The notes below the pieces were generated by a model. It was not told the DNA's origin. It worked only from the letters and a program-made list of their open reading frames with translations, and made no database searches. From a virus (taxonomy: Duplodnaviria > Caudoviricetes), in the IMG/VR virus record IMGVR_UViG_3300046804_002652, positions 1-54,019 of that record: a stretch of DNA of 54,019 bases. One strand, 5' to 3'. This document shows, in pieces, positions 27,153 through 35,434 of this stretch (the first letter of the stretch is position 1; each line of letters begins with the position of its first letter). The translations under genes and the position numbers were made by a program.

Positions 27153-29111
27153 TCAATAATTAATGTCGCCAGGACGGCGAGCTGTCCAAACAACCAGCGC
27201 ATACTTAGTCCCACTAGTTACTTCCCTACCCTCGTGGCCATGCGTCACTTGCCCGGGCCAAAGAGCAATCTTCCCTACAGGAACATTCTCGGTACTAAAC
27301 TTTTGACGTGGGAAATACGTATCTCCACCGGTATAGTCGTCGTTTAAATATGTTATTGTTGAAACTAACGAAGCATCATGGTGGCATGCAAGACTTCGTT
27401 GGGTTTCAGGAGTATATTTAATAATAAATGCATCTCTCAATCCGTACATCTGCAGCGGCCACCAGTATTTTTCTATTACTGGGTTTATATGTTGAGCAAA
27501 ATGCTGTTCAAGTTGATTGAACAATTCAACGTCGAGAACGCGAATTCTCAACTCCTGGCCAGGAAACTTATCTCCATACATCGATTCCCATTTGCCATAT
27601 GCTTCTGCTTTTTCAATCAGTTTTTGGCAGTTTTCACGATCCATAAAGTCTAACATCAATACTTCAGGACCAATGACCTCCAGATTGCCGGGATGCAGCA
27701 TCTCAATTTCTCTTGGCACCAAACCTAGTGCAGCAGTGACTCTCTCAAAACGCGCTTTATCTTCACCACCTCCGTTGCCATGCAAGATGCATGGGCAGCA
27801 ACGAGTAGCCACGTTCAATAATTGCTTGTTTGGTTTGACTCTAACATCTTCTCCTGTTCGAGCTAGACATTGGAAGAGATAGTTTTCATAATCAAGAACG
27901 CACGTGATTCCTGCTTCTGCAAGGAAACGTTTGTCTAAAAACTTCTTCTGCATGTATAGTTGATCGTCAGCAGCATCTTCAATAGGATCAGCAAAAATCT
28001 TTTTAAGAGCGCCTGCTTTACCAATATAAAGACCACTATTGAGATATTTGTACTCTGTGCCGGTATCTGGGAACTCGGAAGCTAGAGATTGTGTTGGCCA
28101 GCAGGTCTTTTCAGCAGCAAACACAACATCTACCGCCATATCTTTATGTCGCTCGAGAATTGTGGTGAGGTCATCGTTAATTACAACATCATACCCATCC
28201 ACAAAAAGAACATTATCATTATCTTTCAAGTCAGCCAAGAAGGCCTTGACGAGATTTATTTTTTGGCCACCGCCTGGGCCTTCCATTGTTCCGCCCTTCC
28301 ACTCAACATTCTTACCTATGTTGACAATAGGAATGTTGAAGCGAGCAGCAGATGTCATTAGCATCTGAGCTTTTGATTCGTCTGTAGCGACTGTAATAAC
28401 ATACGTTTGCGCATCATTCATAATATTTCCACCTTCTATATCCGACCCTAATACTTTTCTCGAGATCTGCGTCACATAAGGGTCTTTAAATGCAGCGACA
28501 GACAGTTTTGAATACTGCTGATATTCCCGAACATGCTTATGCATATTTTCATTAGCGTCCGGGTTGTCTTGATGATCATATCCAATCATGATTGGCACAT
28601 ACTCATCGGCAGGTATAACGTTTGTTTTAATGTGGGTGCTTATTAGTTTCTTCGCACCAGAAGGTGATAGACAATAAGAGCTCAGCAGGTATGGGTACTT
28701 AGGTCGCTGCAAAACTTCGTTTATGGAATCGGCTCCAATCATTTCCCTATATCCCAAATACAACAGCTCATACTGTTCCATTATCTGTTCTATTTGGTTT
28801 AAATTTAATGCTTTTTCTATTTGGATGTCATCTTCAAAAATAATTGCTGGATTTCCACGTTTAACAATTGTATTCCAACATTCAAAGTGACTAATGAAAC
28901 ATCCCACTTCCGTAGTTGTTAAAGGCCTCTTTAATAAAGGATCTCTCCAGATCATATCTGGATTCCATCCCTGCAGTCGAAATTGTTTTAGTCCAATTGC
29001 TCTTCCATCAATTGCAGGAAATCTATTCCACTCATAACCAGCAAGCTGGCGCTCAATGTGAGCTAACCGGTCTGGCCGACGATCCAAATTTATAACAAAA
29101 ATATCAATCAC
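27153..29111 (-). CDS. Putative trifunctional collagen-modifying enzyme: GT25 (COLGALT-like) + PLOD/LH3-like glycosyltransferase + PLOD-like 2OG-Fe(II) lysyl hydroxylase
   Basis: aa 1-228: INLDRRPDR, AIDG, WRDP..RPLT..EVGCFISH..W, FEDD, LLYLG, IPADEY. aa 231-465: VITVAT, EWKGG..GGGQK, LFVDGYDVV, FAAE..CWP, YLNSGLYIG, DDQL, ILHGNG. aa 475-652: FIIKY.P..Q.SL..HHDAS, YTGG, PG..TH.HEG....GTKY. GTG start with a GGAG SD. Confidence 0.9.
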   Translation of the reverse strand: MIDIFVINLDRRPDRLAHIERQLAGYEWNRFPAIDGRAIGLKQFRLQGWNPDMIWRDPLLKRPLTTTEVGCFISHFECWNTIVKRGNPAIIFEDDIQIEKALNLNQIEQIMEQYELLYLGYREMIGADSINEVLQRPKYPYLLSSYCLSPSGAKKLISTHIKTNVIPADEYVPIMIGYDHQDNPDANENMHKHVREYQQYSKLSVAAFKDPYVTQISRKVLGSDIEGGNIMNDAQTYVITVATDESKAQMLMTSAARFNIPIVNIGKNVEWKGGTMEGPGGGQKINLVKAFLADLKDNDNVLFVDGYDVVINDDLTTILERHKDMAVDVVFAAEKTCWPTQSLASEFPDTGTEYKYLNSGLYIGKAGALKKIFADPIEDAADDQLYMQKKFLDKRFLAEAGITCVLDYENYLFQCLARTGEDVRVKPNKQLLNVATRCCPCILHGNGGGEDKARFERVTAALGLVPREIEMLHPGNLEVIGPEVLMLDFMDRENCQKLIEKAEAYGKWESMYGDKFPGQELRIRVLDVELFNQLEQHFAQHINPVIEKYWWPLQMYGLRDAFIIKYTPETQRSLACHHDASLVSTITYLNDDYTGGDTYFPRQKFSTENVPVGKIALWPGQVTHGHEGREVTSGTKYALVVWTARRPGDINY

Positions 29112-29124
29112 TTATAACTCCATT

Positions 29125-31302
29125 TCAATATTCACCAGCATCTAGCGACGACACAAAGGTAGGGACACCCCCTACTATACTTAGCACTTGCATATCAGCA
29201 GTAGCTGTGGCAGTTTTAACTGCTCCTGCTCCATTGCCAACCATTACCGCATTCGTCGGCACAAAGCTTCTTCCCAATCCTCCAGAGCCAACTGCTAGCG
29301 CACTACTCAACGTTAATGTGTTTGCTGCAATCGTTACCGACCATGAACTGTTGGCATTCAGTGTAAGAGATTCTCTTCCCGAGAATAAGCCTCCACTCTC
29401 TAAATAGGAAACAAGCGTTGATAGTGTGAATGATGGACTTGTTCGTAGAACTGTTGTGGTCGGAACTGCTGTTGAGTGTAAGTTTGCAAATAGTACATAC
29501 TTACCGCCATCGCTTGCATCTCTAAACAAACCTGTATATCGGCCTACTAGTCCATCATTATAGTTACCGAAGAAACCAATATCAACAGCATCTGATGTGT
29601 TGTTTGACGATAACTGGAATAGCGGATCTTCGATTTCCATCTTTGCGACGGAGATACGAGTGAAATCACCATCAACGTAAAGATTTCCAGATACAGTCAC
29701 ATCTCCACTAAAGCTACCTCCAGTAGCAATCACGTTGTTGGAGTATACGTTAGCAAAACGTAACGTTGGGCTACCCAAATCATATGTGGTGTTGGCGTTT
29801 GGAACTATATTGCTTGCAAGCGAACCATTGATCGTCAACTTATCACCAGCGCTATCGCCTATAACAACATTGCCAGACAATAGTGCTGTTTGCGCAACCG
29901 ATAGACTACCTTCTACTGTAGCATTGGCTTGGAATGTGGCGTCCCCCGCTTGTACAGAATCGGTATCAACCGTGAAAGTGCCTTCTTGGGTCGATATCGT
30001 GACCCCACCCAAAATAAGAGTTGTACCAGACAAGTACAAATCTTTAAATCGATTATCCGGACTACCAAGCGATTGGATATTGTTTCCTTGAGGAAGAATA
30101 TCCCCAACGACCCGAGCATCAAATCTGATTGTACTAGAAGAATTCCCAAATACAATATTGCCCGAAGTGGTTAATGTATTATTAACTACTAAATTTCCTG
30201 TACTTACCTGTTGACCTACAGACACGTTTCCGTGTATTGTCAATGTATTGGCTTCTACGGTATTAGATTCAATACTAGACACCGTAATGGCATTTGCATT
30301 AATTCCATTAGCTGTAACTGTGCCAACAAACGAAGCCGTGTTACCGAAGGTTGCGGCGCGCGCAACACTGATTGTGTTTCCAAAAGCAACAGTCTTATCA
30401 AAAATAGTTGTGTTCGATACAACTAAATTTACTATCTCCGCGTTAGCAATGATTGCTCTTGGAACGGTCAGCGTGTTAGCAATAACAATATTGTTTGATA
30501 GAGCGACTACAATATCGTTGTTCGAATTTGTAGTCATCCATATATTGTTGTCTGCACCGTGAATGTCTTTATTGACCCACTCGTTGATAGTAGCATCATA
30601 AGCAAGAACTTGTCTATTGACAAGGCCTCCGGCTCCACCAAGTGTGACATCTAATAAGCCATTGAGGTTAATTGCTCCGCCACTGCCGCCTCCTCCACCG
30701 CTATTCAACGTTACCACACTGTCAACGTAGTCTTTTACTGCTTTTGCAGTGACTAGTTCATACGGCGATCCAGCTGGATCTGATCCAAGCTGGGAAGTAT
30801 TGGAGAATAGACTTATCGAGTTGACGGTGACTGAGCCGCCAAGCTGAATACTGCCAAAAGAAGCAAGCTCTGTTGTATTAAGAGCTGGTAAATGTAGATA
30901 AGAATTGGTATCGCTGTTGTATGTTAGGACGGCACCGTTGACGCGGCCTGCATAATCCACATCAAGCATATCGCGAATGTGACGTGCCTGAGCATAAAAG
31001 AATGTGTTTGAGGTATTATCAAAGAATATTGTATCGTTATTGGCTGGTGTACCAATAACATCGCTCATGTCCTCAAGTTTGAGCGGTCTCACGTCATACA
31101 TCTGTGTGTCGACGTTGAAGATCAGGGTGCTGCCTGGTGCACCAACAGACACTGGGTTAATATTGCCCAGGCTTTCGAGGTTTGGACGCTCGCTGACGGT
31201 ATTTTTTAGAACGACAGGCTGTTTGTTTTGAGGTACAAGGCTGCCATCAAGTGGATTGACCTTGACCTTTATTATTTGCTGTGTTGTTAAATTAGTTGCC
31301 AT
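29125..31302 (-). CDS. Tail fibre-like structural protein (725 aa)
   Basis: L.DV..(L/F).Y short repeats, GDILP...LGSP..RF..(L/V)Y repeats, DIGFFG..TGLFRDASD domain, ends LDAGEY; typical of T4-like fibre proteins. Confidence 0.75.
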   Translation of the reverse strand: MATNLTTQQIIKVKVNPLDGSLVPQNKQPVVLKNTVSERPNLESLGNINPVSVGAPGSTLIFNVDTQMYDVRPLKLEDMSDVIGTPANNDTIFFDNTSNTFFYAQARHIRDMLDVDYAGRVNGAVLTYNSDTNSYLHLPALNTTELASFGSIQLGGSVTVNSISLFSNTSQLGSDPAGSPYELVTAKAVKDYVDSVVTLNSGGGGGSGGAINLNGLLDVTLGGAGGLVNRQVLAYDATINEWVNKDIHGADNNIWMTTNSNNDIVVALSNNIVIANTLTVPRAIIANAEIVNLVVSNTTIFDKTVAFGNTISVARAATFGNTASFVGTVTANGINANAITVSSIESNTVEANTLTIHGNVSVGQQVSTGNLVVNNTLTTSGNIVFGNSSSTIRFDARVVGDILPQGNNIQSLGSPDNRFKDLYLSGTTLILGGVTISTQEGTFTVDTDSVQAGDATFQANATVEGSLSVAQTALLSGNVVIGDSAGDKLTINGSLASNIVPNANTTYDLGSPTLRFANVYSNNVIATGGSFSGDVTVSGNLYVDGDFTRISVAKMEIEDPLFQLSSNNTSDAVDIGFFGNYNDGLVGRYTGLFRDASDGGKYVLFANLHSTAVPTTTVLRTSPSFTLSTLVSYLESGGLFSGRESLTLNANSSWSVTIAANTLTLSSALAVGSGGLGRSFVPTNAVMVGNGAGAVKTATATADMQVLSIVGGVPTFVSSLDAGEY

Positions 31303-31304
31303 AT

Positions 31305-31634
31305 TTACCGAGTGACGTTAGGTGTTACTGTTACGATTCCCTCAACAATTCTGGATATCACACCATCTAAACTAGTCAACTCAACATCATAAACATACCG
31401 ACCTGCGACCAAATTTGCCGTTGTATCGGAAGATAGCGATAATTTAATAGATCCGGTGGACGGAACGATTTGCACCACAAAAGGTGTATAAGTGGTCGAA
31501 GTATAATGTTTTCTCATCTGCGCAGCGCCTTGAAACCCGGTCAAGTCAATTGCGTCTTCCGATGTGTCTGTCAGGTTGATTGACGTCGAAAATGACGATC
31601 CCTGATCTATAATAATGTTAGCTTTAATGGCCAT
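31305..31634 (-). CDS. Small conserved virion structural protein (Ig-like; DLTG..AQMRK..GRYVYDV..RIVEG..V.P.VT)
   Basis: Likely start is ATG 31634 (MAIKANIIIDQG) after a GAG SD. The motif pattern is common in non-enteric T4-like phages. Confidence 0.75.
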   Translation of the reverse strand: MAIKANIIIDQGSSFSTSINLTDTSEDAIDLTGFQGAAQMRKHYTSTTYTPFVVQIVPSTGSIKLSLSSDTTANLVAGRYVYDVELTSLDGVISRIVEGIVTVTPNVTR

Positions 31635-31681
31635 AAGCAACTCTTTTATGAAATATACATACAAATAACAGTTTCACAATT

Positions 31682-31689
31682 TATTTATA
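31682..31689 (-). promoter_or_regulatory. T4-type late promoter TATAAATA heading the unit 31634 -> 31302 -> 29111
   Basis: Exact consensus on the minus strand, overlapping the ATG of the divergent plus-strand gene by one base. Confidence 0.7.
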
Positions 31690-32270
31690 TGCCCTTATTT
31701 GACGTGAATTTAATGGACGGAATTGCGCGAGCTTGCAGAAAATATCCCGAGCGAGCCGTCGATATTACACAATCTTTCAAACACAACCAGTTAATATCCA
31801 AACACGAGGTTGTTAAAAACATCCCCAAGTCGAGTAACGTGTGTGTTTTGGGGGGATGGTATGGGGTTGGATTCATGATGATGCGCCACGACAATCAAAC
31901 CAAATACACGTGTATTGATCGAGATTTTATGTGCAAACTGATCGGGGAAGAGATTGATTGCAAACAATTTTCCTTCCAAACCGCTGATGCTCTCACCTTC
32001 AACACCAATCCATACAACCTCATCGTGAACTGCTCGACGGAGCACATGGATAACGAACTATTAAAACAATCGTTTAAAAATATCAACTTCCATAAGCTGT
32101 GCATTTTTCAAAACAACAATAATTTCAACGTACCCGACCATATTAATTGCTTTCACACTTTGAGTGAGTTTGAGGAATATTTAGGAGAAGACTTTTCCAT
32201 TCATAGTGCAACAGAGACTATAATGGATAACAACACAAAAAGGTATACGGTCGTATGCAGAAAAATGTAA
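31689..32270 (+). CDS. Class I SAM-dependent methyltransferase-like protein
   Basis: VCVLGGWYG motif I, acidic CIDRD, TADA, LIVNCSTEHM, FQNNN, RYTVV final strand. Confidence 0.7.
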   Translation: MPLFDVNLMDGIARACRKYPERAVDITQSFKHNQLISKHEVVKNIPKSSNVCVLGGWYGVGFMMMRHDNQTKYTCIDRDFMCKLIGEEIDCKQFSFQTADALTFNTNPYNLIVNCSTEHMDNELLKQSFKNINFHKLCIFQNNNNFNVPDHINCFHTLSEFEEYLGEDFSIHSATETIMDNNTKRYTVVCRKM

Positions 32271-32923
32271 TAGTATGCCTGCTGGTTGGCGACAAATACG
32301 ATCCTCTGTACGTGCGCAATCTTTTTAATATGACAAAACGCTGGTGCAGTGCATCATTCGATTTTGTGTGTTACACGGACGTTCCTCTTAGTGGAATCGA
32401 CTGCATCAAAATAGACGACCCTAACAAGTACGAGCCTGTCTGGTTCAAATTAGAAATATTATCCTTAAAAGAACTTTCAACGTATACACACAAAGCCTTT
32501 TTCGATTTGGATGTTGTAATACACAACAATATAGACTGGATATTTGAAGGAAGCAGGGATCCTAATCTTCATGTCATCCAATCTAAATGGAAGCATCCAG
32601 AAGAAATCAATTCTTTTCGGAATACAGGCTGCAACTCTAGCGTAATGCTTTGGCAACAGGCTAGCGATATATTCAATCAATTCAACGCCTCGCCAGACTT
32701 GTATATGTCAAAATACACAGGAATGGATAGATTCTTGTGGCACGAAACAAAAGCGTGGTCTTTTTTGAAAGAAGAACAAGTATATTCTTACAGCGGCGGA
32801 GCATCATTAGAAGATAATACTCCACATATTATGCGAGCAAACCGAAGCGTTTGCATATACAACCAGTATCCTAAACCCCACGAACAACTTGGATTAGAAC
32901 CAGCAAGGACTTTTTGGAAATGA
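32255..32923 (+). CDS. GT-A fold glycosyltransferase
   Basis: VCLLVGDKY..YV..L, FVCYTD, WFKL, FFDLDVVI (DxD), NSSVMLW, YTGMDRFL. Confidence 0.75.
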   Translation: MQKNVIVCLLVGDKYDPLYVRNLFNMTKRWCSASFDFVCYTDVPLSGIDCIKIDDPNKYEPVWFKLEILSLKELSTYTHKAFFDLDVVIHNNIDWIFEGSRDPNLHVIQSKWKHPEEINSFRNTGCNSSVMLWQQASDIFNQFNASPDLYMSKYTGMDRFLWHETKAWSFLKEEQVYSYSGGASLEDNTPHIMRANRSVCIYNQYPKPHEQLGLEPARTFWK

Positions 32924-33636
32924 AAGTATACACTGTTTGCACCCTTCCGAAATACCATCCTTACGATGTGTATAGACTACACCAACAACTGCAAGTTTTT
33001 TATACAAAGCCTGTGGAGATGTATTGCTATACAGATCGTCCTGATCTTTTTAATTCTACCATCAACGTTATTCCTATTAATCACCAATTATGTGAAAGAC
33101 AGTGGTATAAAATTGATTTCTTCAAACCTGGGTTTGTGCAAGGAGAGGATCCTATTATTATAATGGATCTAGACTGGACAATATATGATGAGGTAGATTC
33201 TATTCTCGACGTCCCAATCGAGAAGAACGAGTTTTATGCGGTCGATAGATGGTGGCGAGGTGAAGACGATCCATTAGAGATTAATGGAGGAATGTATAAA
33301 GTTTATCCTAATACGTGTACGGAGCTTTATAATATCTTTTATAAAGACCCTACCCACTGGCAATCAACATACAAACAAAAACATGATATCACTGCAGTAA
33401 TAGGTGAACAAAATTTTGTATTTGAACATATACGCAACACCCACACGCTAAAGAAATTTCCTGGCATACATTTGGGTAGGAACGCATATACGCTACCGCT
33501 GCGTACTCATTCGTCTCCTACAAGAGCTCGACACTTAATGATAGAGTATGCGGAAATCTATATGAAAAAATTTAACCAATCCTTTTATTACGGCGATGAG
33601 GATTGGAATCCCAACATAATCATGATGCATGGATAG
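32920..33636 (+). CDS. GT-A fold glycosyltransferase, same family as the preceding gene
   Basis: ATG 32920 overlaps the upstream TGA (ATGA). Motifs TVCT.PKY, YCYTD, WYKIDFF, IMDLD (DxD), INGG, GEQNF. Confidence 0.72.
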   Translation: MKVYTVCTLPKYHPYDVYRLHQQLQVFYTKPVEMYCYTDRPDLFNSTINVIPINHQLCERQWYKIDFFKPGFVQGEDPIIIMDLDWTIYDEVDSILDVPIEKNEFYAVDRWWRGEDDPLEINGGMYKVYPNTCTELYNIFYKDPTHWQSTYKQKHDITAVIGEQNFVFEHIRNTHTLKKFPGIHLGRNAYTLPLRTHSSPTRARHLMIEYAEIYMKKFNQSFYYGDEDWNPNIIMMHG

Positions 33637-34312
33637 AGCTGAATTTGTGGCGCATCTTAAAATCTGGAAGACCGCTGTACATTTCTTCAAGTGGCGTGAG
33701 ATCCACGCCCAATTCATCTACAAGGCTATGCCAGCCGCGCTGATCCAATATGTAACCCCACGTAAGCCTCTCGCAATGGGTATAAGCAGCGTGCCATAGT
33801 GGATTACCACCATCCACATCATACAAACCAATTTTCATGTTCCACCCTGGATGGTCGTGTATTGTGACGACCTCTTTCGTCTTCGGATTCTGATACAGGA
33901 AAGCTCCGTCTCCGTTGACTGAGTAAGAGAACAAAACATTATAACCAAACGCATTAGCGTTCGTGTGCCAATCTATGAATCCTCCTGCAGGATAGTACAT
34001 TTTAAGAGCGCACGACCTTGCTCCAAGAAATGTTTTGATCGCATTGTCGGCGTTTCTTATTGCAGGGTAGAATTTTTCAAGATCGAACCCTTTCATGGAG
34101 TTAAAATCAATTCCATCAGAGCACACAGGGAACCCTTCCAAGTTCTTACCTTGCTGGCGACGTAGATACTCGACCGAAACGGCTTCCTGCTGGGTTATTG
34201 GTTCTTCGCCACGTTGCATGACGAAGTTTGATCGGTCTTGTTGAAAAAACCAATCCGAAAAATTATTTAATTCTTCCAGAATCTCTTCTGGAATAACATC
34301 AATTGCAATCAT
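33620..34312 (-). CDS. DSBH/2OG-Fe(II) oxygenase-like protein
   Basis: YYPAGGFIDWHTN...LWHAA..CERLT pattern (His, distal His, Arg), with Asn in place of the usual Asp/Glu ligand. Confidence 0.55.
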   Translation of the reverse strand: MIAIDVIPEEILEELNNFSDWFFQQDRSNFVMQRGEEPITQQEAVSVEYLRRQQGKNLEGFPVCSDGIDFNSMKGFDLEKFYPAIRNADNAIKTFLGARSCALKMYYPAGGFIDWHTNANAFGYNVLFSYSVNGDGAFLYQNPKTKEVVTIHDHPGWNMKIGLYDVDGGNPLWHAAYTHCERLTWGYILDQRGWHSLVDELGVDLTPLEEMYSGLPDFKMRHKFSSIHAS

Positions 34313-35001
34313 AATGAAGTACCTTCTTTTTTGCGTCCTATTGTGCAGTGCCTAATAATTTCTGGTTTCCCTTGTAGCTCAAACGACAAGTATCCAGCCA
34401 CGTTGTTCCATCGAGCATCATCCTTAAATACACCAACGTTGAGTCCGTGATCTGTAAATTTTAAAATATAATACAAATAAAATTGATCCCAATGTCTAAA
34501 GTTAGCAGTATAAGGATAATCCCACTCAGTCTGTCCGCGCTGCCATCTGTCCCACCATTCAGCCATCATTGGAATACATTTGCGGTTGTATAAAAATACA
34601 CCACCGTGATATTGATAATCTGGATCATCGACGACGCCACGTGGATTGGAATTATACAGCCTTATCTTAGTAAACATTATATCGTGATCTTCTATCTGAT
34701 CCCACACAGTACTAATCTCTTCCGACATACATTGTGTGTCTGCGTCCAAGTACATTGTCAGATCATATGGAGTCCTCGCTAACGCCCACAACTTTGTTCT
34801 GATACTATCAGGCGTATGTTCATTGCTAATGATATTATCAAATATCTCCTTGCACTCCGCATCAACCATTCTTGGCGGTGCACACAAAGTAATATTAGCT
34901 TCTGGATAATGATCTTTTACCGAAAGCGCAGACATCTTAGCAGCCTTTAGAAAGCTGTCTTGTGCTCCTACCCCGTAAATGAAACCCTTGGAATTATACA
35001 T
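34309..35001 (-). CDS. GT-A nucleotide-diphospho-sugar transferase (GT8-like)
   Basis: SALSVK.H.P, TKLWAL..TPYD.TMYLDADT (DxD), HGGVFLY, WDQF, RWN, IIRH. Confidence 0.75.
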   Translation of the reverse strand: MYNSKGFIYGVGAQDSFLKAAKMSALSVKDHYPEANITLCAPPRMVDAECKEIFDNIISNEHTPDSIRTKLWALARTPYDLTMYLDADTQCMSEEISTVWDQIEDHDIMFTKIRLYNSNPRGVVDDPDYQYHGGVFLYNRKCIPMMAEWWDRWQRGQTEWDYPYTANFRHWDQFYLYYILKFTDHGLNVGVFKDDARWNNVAGYLSFELQGKPEIIRHCTIGRKKEGTSL

Positions 35002-35431
35002 TTGACTGTTGTTCAGCTTTCTCAGCTTCTAATAAGCAGATCGTGACCTGAGCAAGAACTTCAGTAACGCTCTTAGCTTTTCTTATTTTAGATTTACGTG
35101 CAGACGACGCATTAGCTACTTGAGGTATGTCAAACGCTTCAATCTTAGTATTGAAAAGAGTATTGTGCTTTGATTGCATCTCTCTTTCTTGCGCCCTATA
35201 CTCATCGAGTTTGCGCTTCTCGCGAGTAGCCTGAGCAACCTCCTCGGTGTGCTGATCTATTTGCTCCACAGGTATATTTTCTTTTATATACTGCCAAAAC
35301 GGACTTGTCTCGCTTTCAGCAATCGAAAGTAATTCTGTCGTACCATCATCGTAACTTACAATTGCTGACACTCGTGTCTTTGTATCATTGACCCAGTATA
35401 CATTTTTAACTTCTGTTATATTCATGTTCAA
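34994..35431 (-). CDS. Hypothetical protein
   Basis: 145 aa, AGGA SD, helical C-terminus (KSKIRKAKS), follows a structural gene; possibly a chaperone. Confidence 0.7.
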   Translation of the reverse strand: MNMNITEVKNVYWVNDTKTRVSAIVSYDDGTTELLSIAESETSPFWQYIKENIPVEQIDQHTEEVAQATREKRKLDEYRAQEREMQSKHNTLFNTKIEAFDIPQVANASSARKSKIRKAKSVTEVLAQVTICLLEAEKAEQQSNV

Positions 35432-35434
35432 TCC

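Noticed and set aside
27153-27689. Prolyl 4-hydroxylase or DNA-base hydroxylase call for the oxygenase domain
   Set aside because: Motifs (Q.SL..HHD.S, PG..TH.HEG) and fusion to a PLOD-type GT fit the lysyl hydroxylase family better, and the neighbouring collagens are Lys-rich rather than Pro-rich at Y. Not excluded without an assay.
31685-32680. Short minus-strand ORFs opposite the methyltransferase and GT genes
   Set aside because: They have no recognisable motifs, whereas the plus-strand ORFs are longer, coupled and carry enzyme signatures.
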